From a virus: a stretch of 37,798 nucleotides of DNA. The first letter of the stretch is position 1, and every line of letters begins with the position of its first letter. Below the pieces are notes generated by a model, which was not told the origin of the DNA, made no database searches, and saw only the letters and a program-made list of their open reading frames with translations. The position numbers and the translations under genes were made by a program. Below are positions 28,770 to 36,818 of this stretch, piece by piece. The stretch lies in the UHGV virus genome UHGV-1315295, one strand, 5' to 3'.

Positions 28770-28985
28770 ATGTGGGACGAGGCAGAAAACGCTGATGACG
28801 TAAAAGAAAGTTGCTGCTGTTTCGGTGTCGGTAACGAACTGCTGAGTCTGTTTGGTGACGATCCGTGGTATGCCGGTTGGCCAACGGTGCCAAACCCCAG
28901 ATACCAATACCTGGAACGTATTATGTACGCGGTACGTGATGGGCTGAAAGAGCTTCACAATCAGATGAGAGAAGCAATCGGTTAA
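28770..28985 (+). CDS. Hypothetical small protein (71 aa); possibly the 3' part of a frameshifted gene
   Basis: ORF track; its frame is open from 28683 without an ATG. Confidence 0.3.
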   Translation: MWDEAENADDVKESCCCFGVGNELLSLFGDDPWYAGWPTVPNPRYQYLERIMYAVRDGLKELHNQMREAIG

Positions 28986-29023
28986 GTGCTATAGTCAGGC
29001 GCTTTTATATTTATGGAGTGAAT

Positions 29024-29722
29024 ATGAAAAATATCCTACTGGCATCATTGTTGGTGGCATCGCCGGCTGTATTTGCAGCCAGCTTTGACTGCCAAAAGGC
29101 TTCGGCAGAAATCGAACACAAAATCTGCGATAACGAACGCCTGTCAAAATTAGACGAACAACTTAGCTCTACCTATTCCAACGCACTCAAAGCAAACCCG
29201 GGGGACGCAGACGCCTTAAAGACGGTTCAGCGTCAATGGGTAAGTATGCGTGGAAAACTCACTGGTGATAAGGCTCTGGAGCTGGCTTATCTAATCCAAA
29301 TTAATGGCCTCAAGAGTTTGGATGGTTCGGCCAGCACTGCGGTGGTCAATGAGACACCAAAGCCTGTGCAGAAACAGCCTGAAGTTCAGGAAAAGACAAG
29401 CAAGGCAGACACAAAGCAGGCTGAGAGCGGTAAAAAGCTAACTCTGGAGTCATTCCGAGCTAAGTATATTGAAGTTGACGGTGAATACTACAGCACGACA
29501 TCCCTTCCCAGAGGGAGTTCGTTCTTGTTCACCTGCGCAAGTCGTATCGCAGATGACCAGGTGAATATTTGGAAGAAGGTGGCAGCCAAAGAGGGCAAGA
29601 TCGATCTCTTCTTTGAACTTGAGAATCGAATACATACCGCAATGCTGAATGCCAATTTTCAGAAGCTAAATAGTGATTTAACTAAAACAGGCATTTGCGA
29701 TCTGATTACTGCTGTTCCGTAA
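29024..29722 (+). CDS. Secreted protein with LprI/DUF1311-like N-terminal domain
   Basis: Signal peptide MKNILLASLLVASPAVFA; FDCQKASAEIEHKICDNERLSKLDEQLSSTY resembles the DUF1311 (lysozyme-inhibitor LprI-like) signature. Confidence 0.55.
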   Translation: MKNILLASLLVASPAVFAASFDCQKASAEIEHKICDNERLSKLDEQLSSTYSNALKANPGDADALKTVQRQWVSMRGKLTGDKALELAYLIQINGLKSLDGSASTAVVNETPKPVQKQPEVQEKTSKADTKQAESGKKLTLESFRAKYIEVDGEYYSTTSLPRGSSFLFTCASRIADDQVNIWKKVAAKEGKIDLFFELENRIHTAMLNANFQKLNSDLTKTGICDLITAVP

Positions 29723-30167
29723 GCCAGATAAGGCCACTATTTGTGGCCTTAAACAATTTGTTTAATTAGTGGTGTAATTATTGGAATCCCAGGCGAACTA
29801 AATCCATTGGGCAGAACAGATCTTCCACACCTTCGATAGACACGCAGTCAGAGCGGCGTAATTGTTCTTCTGATTTGCCTTCCCCACTGATTTCTCTGAT
29901 TACTCCCGTTGCGCCATTCATTGCCACCATGACATGGCTGCCGATAGTGATAGCATTACGGTTTCGATCATACGTCTTTATCGTTTTCTCCTTTCACATG
30001 GGGCAAATCAGGTTTCAAAAATTGCCGTTTTCCATGTATATGCGATTTGCAAAATATCAATTTCCTAAACAAATTGTTTTCACCAGCTAGTTATTACACA
30101 CAGGCGAAGTTGACCGCGCTTCATATAAATATCACTGTTTATACATACAGTGTATAAGAGGAAAAAA

Positions 30168-30434
30168 ATGGGCGGAAAAGACTCAAGCTATCAGATCGTT
30201 TACAGAGGTGAGACGCTCGAAAACTTTAAACCGGGGCAGTATGTCTTCTTTCAACGAGCGAAGGAGTATGGCGGCGGATATTGGTTGGGCAGGACTCATG
30301 AAGATGGGTTCGAGTTTTTGCTGGAGGAGCCAACCTCGCTGGGAAGAGGTTTTGAGTTTCTGATAACTCACTCGAGCGTGGAGGCCAGATTTATGGAGTT
30401 CGTCGACGATGCGGACGACTTCAAACTCACCTAA
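30168..30434 (+). CDS. Hypothetical small protein (88 aa)
   Basis: ATG 30168 in frame with the track ORF; purine-rich RBS. Confidence 0.45.
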   Translation: MGGKDSSYQIVYRGETLENFKPGQYVFFQRAKEYGGGYWLGRTHEDGFEFLLEEPTSLGRGFEFLITHSSVEARFMEFVDDADDFKLT

Positions 30435-30519
30435 TCATCCCTTAAACATCTTGTTTTCTGCCTTTTGTTATTTGAGATAATAACAACAATTAGAAAACAA
30501 GTTGTTTAAGGAATCATCC

Positions 30520-30756
30520 ATGTTTGGAACCGCAAAAGAGCTTATCGAAAAGCTGGAGAACTACCCAGAAGACGAGCCGCTGCTGATGGTTGTGTGGCAT
30601 AAGGAAGACGTAGGCGAAGTACGCCCAGACCTTACTGACTATCAGTGCGCCCAGGTCTTGCGCAGAATCAAAGAGTGTCATGATGCCAATATCGGCGTGA
30701 ATTGGGACGTTATCTCTGACACGGCCGACATCCTGTTTCCGAAGGAGAAGGCATGA
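30520..30756 (+). CDS. Hypothetical small acidic protein (78 aa)
   Basis: ATG 30520 with AAGGA RBS immediately after the palindrome at 30493-30509. Confidence 0.45.
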   Translation: MFGTAKELIEKLENYPEDEPLLMVVWHKEDVGEVRPDLTDYQCAQVLRRIKECHDANIGVNWDVISDTADILFPKEKA

Positions 30757-31073
30757 TGCTGATATTGAAAGAATCCTATAAGACCGCAGTGATCAGCACC
30801 GCCCATGTCACGGCCAAAGACTCCGAGCTGCTGCCTGTCGTGTGCTTTGACCCGTTGACCGATCGCGGGTTGAATTGGGTACATGGTACACAGTACGGCT
30901 GGATTGTTCGTGCTGGAATGCGAGGGAATGACTGGAAAGAAGAGCTGCGTGAGTATGGCATTTCCGAAGAGACGATCTCCAACATACAGACCATAGTGGA
31001 TGCCGGGTATGATTCGGTACAATTTGACTGTGATGCGGAGCTGGTGGATGGGATGCCAGCATGGGATTGGTAG
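30753..31073 (+). CDS. Hypothetical protein (106 aa)
   Basis: ATGA overlap with the upstream gene. Confidence 0.45.
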   Translation: MMLILKESYKTAVISTAHVTAKDSELLPVVCFDPLTDRGLNWVHGTQYGWIVRAGMRGNDWKEELREYGISEETISNIQTIVDAGYDSVQFDCDAELVDGMPAWDW

Positions 31074-31088
31074 ATATAGCTACTAGCA

Positions 31089-31715
31089 ATGGCGGGAATA
31101 ATTACCTGGAAAGTTGATATCATATACCCGCTTGTATTTCAAAATGGAATGGATGTAATGGAAATCGATACTTTAGAAAAAAAATCAGTTAAAAACCTCT
31201 ACGCGTGGCTTATAGCAATACTGCCGTTTGTTGTCAGCGTCCCCCCTGCTGAGTACGACAATTACGTTATGGTGATTTCGCTCGTCATTGGGCTTGGACT
31301 GCTGGTCGCCGATCGCATGAATTTGACTGAGGCAGGCTATGAGCCACCATCATTCTTATGTGGGTTCTTTATCCCCCCTGTGTATCTCTGGAAACGAGCG
31401 ACGGTTCTTGGAAGTAACCGACTGCTGTTTATCGTATGGATTGTTGCCTTTGCTGCATCATTTTTCGTGTATAGCTTCAACACAGATTCAGCGCTTGAAG
31501 AAGCTGCTTGTCCTATAGTTACCACTATTCTGAAAGAAAATAACGGTTCAGAAGCATCTAAATGCATGAAGGTAACAATTCAGGACAAAGTGACGGACAA
31601 GTTCTACAAAGCCACGGCTACACTGGATAACGGTAATGACATTAACATCACTATCGAAATTATCGGTGACGAGAATTTCTACGTTCGCGTGCCTAATTAC
31701 TACCTAAACGACTAA
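31089..31715 (+). CDS. Hypothetical membrane protein (2-3 predicted TM segments)
   Basis: Hydrophobic segments LYAWLIAILPFVVSV, VMVISLVIGLGLLV, LLFIVWIVAFAASFFVY; start ambiguous (31089, 31149 or 31158). Confidence 0.45.
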   Translation: MAGIITWKVDIIYPLVFQNGMDVMEIDTLEKKSVKNLYAWLIAILPFVVSVPPAEYDNYVMVISLVIGLGLLVADRMNLTEAGYEPPSFLCGFFIPPVYLWKRATVLGSNRLLFIVWIVAFAASFFVYSFNTDSALEEAACPIVTTILKENNGSEASKCMKVTIQDKVTDKFYKATATLDNGNDINITIEIIGDENFYVRVPNYYLND

Positions 31716-32111
31716 CGGCTGCAACTCGTTGACATTGGCGGTCACAAATTGAGGATTTCTATAAGAGTCCGTTGATCGCCACTTCCCCCACCTCTCCAAC
31801 CTACCCCAGCCCAGGCGTGACAAGACATTTAAGCCAATTACAACCATAAGAAAACAAATAAATAACACGTCAACGAAAAGTCAACGCTTTCCCCTGATTT
31901 GGTCTAAAAAGTTGACGTTTTCGCAAGCCATCTCTTATACCCAAAATCCTGCGCACCAGAATCCATCTCCCTGCGACCAAAACGTCAAAAACGACTCGTG
32001 ATATCACTCAAAAACAGAAGCGCTCAGAAGCGCTCCCGTTGCGTTATATTGGGTATCTAAACAAGTTGTTTTCAGGCATAAGAAAACAAGTTAACCACCC
32101 CCACAGGAAAC

Positions 32112-32380
32112 CCAGAGACGCCATTACCCAATACACGGAGAAGAACAGCCAGAACGAAACCCCGGACAAACCCAGACAAGAACAGGAGCCGTCACAATCT
32201 CGTTTACCCACCATTACCCCGAAAGAGAGCGCAAATTCCTGAATAGCAGGGAACGCCATTACTTCATATGCGGAGAACAACTAAAGCGCCCTACTGCCAT
32301 TACCCACACTTTCATCATTTCACGTAAACGAAGAGAAAAGCGCACCTGCCATTACTCCATACACGGAGAAGAACAATCAC
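32112..32380. repeat. Four direct repeats of a ~25-bp unit GCCATTACyy.ATAyrCGGAGAAGAACA in a T-poor noncoding tract
   Basis: Copies start near 32112, 32253, 32290, 32344. Confidence 0.5.
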
Positions 32381-32670
32381 CAAAACGACGAGAACAACCC
32401 AGACGAAAACACAGAGAAGAACCACCTCAAGAAGAACGAAACCACATACGCCGGTAGAGAGTACAAACCACCCATTTCACCCACAGGAATAGTCGCCGTA
32501 TTGAGCGTTATCAGAGAGAAGGTTTATGCCCACATAAGAGAGAAAATTCGTGGGAGGTATAAGTGGGAAGGGAAGGAGGGGTATCGCTACTTTTTCCGCA
32601 TAAATTCAAGCCATAGTTTTCGTCCCCCGTAACGTCCCTTTCCACCCCTTCGGTCAGCCTTCGGGCCATC

Positions 32671-32850
32671 CAGGGAAAAGGCCATGTCCCTTTTCAGAAA
32701 CGGGAGCGTCGCCGCAGGGAAAAGGCTGGAGGTTTTCAGGGAAACGGTGGGAATCCCGCTATACGAACCGGGAAAAGGCTGGCTGCCGGTCGGGAAACGG
32801 GTACATCCCGGTACAGAGTGAGGGACGACTGCGAGAGCGGTGCGGGAAAT
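32671..32850. repeat. Six direct copies of C(A/C)GGGAAA(A/C)GG-type motif in GC-rich noncoding DNA
   Basis: Copies at 32671, 32715, 32737, 32768, 32791, 32843; related copies in other intergenic regions. Confidence 0.5.
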
Positions 32851-33185
32851 CTTCGGGAGTGCGCCTTGCTCTTCGCTCGCCTGAAAATCGCGAGGGAGTG
32901 TCGTTCCCTCTCGTGCAGCTGCTGAACTCCATTCTGCCAGACCATCCTCGGGTCTCAAGCGATTTCAGTAGGTTTTCGGGGAGAAGAAAATTCTGCCCAC
33001 CAGCCCTGCGGCGCGCGTAGAGCAGAATATCGTAAATACTGGTTCCCGTGTCGTTCCCGGATACTCACTACCCAGCCTGGCTTTCCCGACATAAAATCCT
33101 TTTTCGCCTTTGTCTTATTGCGATAATAACACCAACAAGTAAACAACATGTTTAGACGTTATATAAACGAAGTGAGGATGAAGAG

Positions 33186-33404
33186 ATGATTAAGATGCCT
33201 GTGACGGTTGAGGTGTGGGGCGTGGATTCCCTGGCTGAGTGTCTGAATGCAGTAGGGCCGGAGTTGTACCGCAAGTTGTGGTCGTTCGTCCCGGCAGAAG
33301 GGGAATCGCCCAAAGGGAAGGATATCTGGCACCTGCTGAGTGAAGATGAAAAGCGGGAGCTGGTGGGCGCGGTACACAGCGAGTTCCCGGACGACGAAGA
33401 TTAA
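33186..33404 (+). CDS. Hypothetical small acidic protein (72 aa)
   Basis: ATG 33186 with GAGGATGAAGAG RBS region. Confidence 0.45.
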   Translation: MIKMPVTVEVWGVDSLAECLNAVGPELYRKLWSFVPAEGESPKGKDIWHLLSEDEKRELVGAVHSEFPDDED

Positions 33405-33408
33405 GAGT

Positions 33409-33434
33409 GAGGCCACCAGCACGGTGGCTTTTGT
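33409..33434 (+). terminator. Rho-independent terminator
   Basis: GAGGCCACC-agcac-GGTGGCT followed by TTTTGT. Confidence 0.55.
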
Positions 33435-33516
33435 CGCTATTAACCTCCGGGGCAGCGCAGCACCGTAACGATATACTTTGTGGCCGTTTTCTTACTGGTA
33501 TTGTTTACGCAATTCA

Positions 33517-33533
33517 GAAAACAACATGTTTAA
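33517..33533. promoter_or_regulatory. Palindrome GAAAACAACATGTTTAA (family 2) overlapping the RBS of gene 33544
   Basis: Embedded in conserved block TTTACGCAATTCAGAAAACAACATGTTTAAGG. Confidence 0.4.
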
Positions 33534-33543
33534 GGATTGCTTT

Positions 33544-33873
33544 ATGTTTGCAAATATCGACATCAACCAAATCAAGAAAATGACTCAAAAAGAGTTTGAC
33601 CAGTTTTATGAGTTAGAAGGTTGGTCTTCCACGCTGATCAATTCGCGCTGGGTGCTTGAGCTGATGACTCGTGATGATGCTCCTGCTTTGATTATTTGCG
33701 ACATGGGTGAAGATGCTGACTTTATGGATATGAGCGAATTTTGTGTGGACACATACAACCGCAGCCAGAAGTACTACTTCACATGCGATAGCGAGAATGA
33801 CGTGATTTCTAAGCTCTATCTTCACCTTGTCCAGCATTGGGACGTGCAGGAATTCCTTGAGTTATTCGCGTAA
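33544..33873 (+). CDS. Hypothetical small acidic protein (109 aa)
   Basis: ATG 33544 with AAGGA RBS. Confidence 0.45.
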   Translation: MFANIDINQIKKMTQKEFDQFYELEGWSSTLINSRWVLELMTRDDAPALIICDMGEDADFMDMSEFCVDTYNRSQKYYFTCDSENDVISKLYLHLVQHWDVQEFLELFA

Positions 33874-34007
33874 GCCCAACCAAAGCCAGCACCGCCTGCT
33901 GGCTTAACTTCTCTGTAGCCGCAGGGAAGAACCACCTTTAGATAATTCATGTGCCTGAGCAATATGCTTTGTAGCCGTTTTTACACTGGTATTATTTACG
34001 CCATTGA

Positions 34008-34024
34008 GAAAACAATTTGTTTAC
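34008..34024. promoter_or_regulatory. Palindrome GAAAACAATTTGTTTAC (family 2) upstream of gene 34034
   Basis: Embedded in TTTACGCCATTGAGAAAACAATTTGTTTACGG, ~80% identical to 33481-33540. Confidence 0.4.
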
Positions 34025-34033
34025 GGAGTGGTG

Positions 34034-34345
34034 ATGAATACTTCATTGGTGCTGAGTCTTGCTGAAGGCCAGGAGAGAAAAGAAAAACCAACCTTAATGG
34101 GGCATCTCACATTGCTGGATATCGTAGCGAATGGGACTTCTATCCGTCTGTTTCGTGAAAAAGCCATTACCTTCGACGCGGGCAATTTTACGCGCTATGT
34201 GATGGTAGTTCGTCGCGAGCGTGGAAGAGGGTGGATGTCGGTCCAGAAAATGTGGCCAGAGGACCAGCTTGAACTGGCGCTGATGGAAGCCAACCGTGTC
34301 GCCCAACAAGAGATCCAACGAGCGTCTGTTCAGGCGGTAGCTTAA
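34034..34345 (+). CDS. Hypothetical protein (103 aa)
   Basis: ATG 34034, GGAGTGGTG RBS. Confidence 0.45.
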   Translation: MNTSLVLSLAEGQERKEKPTLMGHLTLLDIVANGTSIRLFREKAITFDAGNFTRYVMVVRRERGRGWMSVQKMWPEDQLELALMEANRVAQQEIQRASVQAVA

Positions 34346-34379
34346 ACATGTGCAAGCAGTAGTTAGTCGAATGTACGAC

Positions 34380-34407
34380 AGCCCCGCCAATCCTTCGGGG
34401 CTTTTTT
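34380..34407 (+). terminator. Rho-independent terminator
   Basis: AGCCCCG-ccaatcctt-CGGGGCT followed by TTTTTTG. Confidence 0.65.
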
Positions 34408-34466
34408 GTATTGTAAGTACTTACTTATGATAATAAAATTAAAAATTAAACACTAAGGAGAGTGAA

Positions 34467-34862
34467 ATGACCGTTAAACGCGAAAATCTGACCCTGGATA
34501 TGTATTATGCATCAGAGACGGAAAATGGAGACAAAGTTGCAAAAATTACAATTGTGCTACGCGATAATACCTCCGGCGAAGAAGTTCACACCAGTACCTT
34601 AACTCGCACCGGCGAGGCCACAAAGGGGAAATATTCGGTGCGTTACCAAAGCATCAGTAATGCTTCTGACCCTTTACTGATAAAACTGGAAACTCATTTC
34701 CGTGGCGCGGATCAGACGTTGTTTGAAAATTTGATGAAAAAGGTCGATGCGGTTTATACATCGAGTTTAAATACCAATAGTACCTGGATGGGACAACACG
34801 GTCTGCGAATAATCTCCGGCGAAAAGATCGACACCATTGTCCCTGAAAGCGTATTCGCTTAA
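34467..34862 (+). CDS. Hypothetical protein (131 aa)
   Basis: ATG 34467 with AAGGAGAG RBS. Confidence 0.5.
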   Translation: MTVKRENLTLDMYYASETENGDKVAKITIVLRDNTSGEEVHTSTLTRTGEATKGKYSVRYQSISNASDPLLIKLETHFRGADQTLFENLMKKVDAVYTSSLNTNSTWMGQHGLRIISGEKIDTIVPESVFA

Positions 34863-34871
34863 TCCTCTTTG

Positions 34872-34899
34872 AATGGCGCGTACCCCGCGCCATTTTCTT
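34872..34899 (+). terminator. Rho-independent terminator
   Basis: AATGGCGCG-taccc-CGCGCCATT followed by TTCTT. Confidence 0.5.
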
Positions 34900-34979
34900 A
34901 TGCCCGATAACAATTTGTTTTCTGCCTTATCTGATTTGTGAAAATGATTTCACTGAAGCAACTTAATAAGGAAACCATC

Positions 34980-35354
34980 ATGGGGCTTGATATCTACATC
35001 GAGACGCAGCCAAAAAACGATCTGAATAACGAGGCATCCAGAAAGCAGGTTGCTTACTTCCGTAAGTTCAATGCGCTCGTTGGGTGGATGGAGCGCAACG
35101 TAGGTGAAGTCGAAAATTGTGAGCTTTTAGAATTAACGATGAATGACATTTGTTTTCTGAAGGCTCATTTGATGCACATAAACGAAAGTAATTGCGAAGA
35201 GTACTTGCCTACCCAGGAAGGTTTTTTCTTCGGCAGTCAGGAGTACGATGAAGGTTACTGGCATGACGTGGGGGAGTTGAAAGAGATTGTGGAAGATCTG
35301 ATTAAGAACCACGACTTTCACAATAATAGACTGACCTTCTGCGCCTGGTGGTAA
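34980..35354 (+). CDS. Hypothetical acidic protein (124 aa)
   Basis: ATG 34980 with AAGGA RBS. Confidence 0.45.
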   Translation: MGLDIYIETQPKNDLNNEASRKQVAYFRKFNALVGWMERNVGEVENCELLELTMNDICFLKAHLMHINESNCEEYLPTQEGFFFGSQEYDEGYWHDVGELKEIVEDLIKNHDFHNNRLTFCAWW

Positions 35355-35356
35355 AT

Positions 35357-35500
35357 ATGGGCGATTTCAAGAAACGCCTGAAGGAGAGAGCCGAGATGGT
35401 CAGAAAGCGAAACGCCTCTTCTGTCATAAGATACGCAAGGCAGTTTAGTCGCAACAACAAATCAGTTGAGGAAAAGATCCTTAGCGTAATCGGGCGATAA
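35357..35500 (+). CDS. Possible small basic protein (47 aa)
   Basis: ATG 35357, GGTGG 6 nt upstream; below the ORF-track length cutoff. Confidence 0.25.
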   Translation: MGDFKKRLKERAEMVRKRNASSVIRYARQFSRNNKSVEEKILSVIGR

Positions 35501-35704
35501 TTATTAAGGCCACCAGCATTGGTGGCCTTAAATGACCATCCTGTTTCCCGCAGGCTAAAAACACCAACCTCTTACCTCCAGGCAACCGACAAACCCACCT
35601 GTTCCCGTCCGGCTACCGCAACTTTCCACTTTGACGCCTTATTCGTACAACGATAATTAACACCAACAAGAAAACAATTTGTTATTTACGATAAGGAATT
35701 AATC

Positions 35705-36187
35705 ATGAATTTTATCGCTACTGTAAACGCACCCGCACATGGCAATATCGCTGTAACGTTCTCTGATATTGAAAAACGAGTACTTGGTGCATGGCGCGAC
35801 AATGAGACGGTAGAACTGTCAGCACAAGAAAAATGCATTATTGCACGCGACATCATTTGCAATCGTCGTTACTCACGGGTAATTGAGAAAGCGTATGTCG
35901 CAAATTCTGGCTTCGGAACATTTGTCTTCCCGGTACGCTCCGGGCGATTCTGCCAGTCCAAGCTGATTGAGTTCGCTACGCAGATTTCTGTCTGGATTAA
36001 AACTCAATCGTCGTTCAAATTTTCCGACGATGAAGCAGTATCGCAGGGGATGCGGATCGCCAACAATGCAATAAAATGCAAAAACATTACGTATGCCGCT
36101 GGCGTTGACACATGGAAACTGTTTTGCGCTAACTTTATGCTGAATGTATACGCAAGCAACCGCATCCACATCCTTGATGGCGTGTAA
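35705..36187 (+). CDS. Hypothetical protein (160 aa)
   Basis: ATG 35705 with AAGGA RBS. Confidence 0.5.
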   Translation: MNFIATVNAPAHGNIAVTFSDIEKRVLGAWRDNETVELSAQEKCIIARDIICNRRYSRVIEKAYVANSGFGTFVFPVRSGRFCQSKLIEFATQISVWIKTQSSFKFSDDEAVSQGMRIANNAIKCKNITYAAGVDTWKLFCANFMLNVYASNRIHILDGV

Positions 36188-36190
36188 CTG

Positions 36191-36219
36191 AGAAGAGGGC
36201 CAGAAACGGCCCTTTCTCT
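36191..36219 (+). terminator. Hairpin terminator
   Basis: GAGGGCC-agaaac-GGCCCT followed by TTCTCTA. Confidence 0.45.
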
Positions 36220-36783
36220 ATAGCCACCAGCTGCCGCAGGGAAATTTTCAGAAACGGCGAGGAACGCATTCATGAGCCGACGGGAAACGGCCAAGATTTT
36301 TTCGGGAAACGGCGGGGGTCGCCTTTATGTAGAAAACTGAGCGGGAGAAACCCGGAATCGCGCCAGAAATTGCGTAGCGGCGCTGGGGTAGCGCTGGTGG
36401 GGGTTTCAGCCCCTGGGCCATCCAGATAGCTTTCGCTATGTGATTATGTGAATCCGTGGGTAAATCACTGTAAGCGCGTACACGTTGCCCAACGTGGCAA
36501 TCATATGCGAGCGGATACAAAACAACACAAAGAGCCGATCCGCGCCGACAAATAAACGCGGATCACATAGCAAGACTAAAAGCCAATGATTAACCATACT
36601 CTATAGCGCAATATAACGCGTTTTAAGCGCGTTAATGTGTTAAGTAATGGGTATAGTACTAACAAGGATATAAAAGCGCGTCTATGGCGTTATTTTGGTG
36701 CTTATTTTTATGTTGTTGAAGCGAGTTAAAGACAATAAAAAACGCGCCAATGATGGCGCGTTATGGTGGGAGTATTGGAAACG

Positions 36784-36818
36784 AAAAAAGCGCCCATAGT
36801 GGGCGCTCGATTTTATTT
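36784..36818. terminator. Bidirectional hairpin terminator
   Basis: AAAAA-AGCGCCCA-tag-TGGGCGCT-CGATTTTATTT: A-run and T-run on opposite sides; ends the minus-strand gene 36813-37043. Confidence 0.5.

Noticed and set aside
30110-30160. Sigma70 promoter for gene 30168 based on TTGACC at 30110
   Set aside because: The only good -10-like hexamer (TATAAA, 30124-30129) is 8 bp from the -35 candidate, so the spacing is incompatible; no promoter call made.
32300-32500. P1-type parS (boxA ATTTCAC / boxB TCGCCA)
   Set aside because: Only isolated heptamer matches and an imperfect boxB; no parAB genes in the window; the spacing does not match what I recall of P1 parS. Retained only as a weak note.
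32587-32958. 123-aa minus-strand ORF and other ORFs within the repeat-rich noncoding region (also 32039-32242, 32044-32280, 32736-32945)
   Set aside because: Low-complexity products driven by the GGGAAA and purine-rich repeats; no RBS; they overlap each other in several frames.
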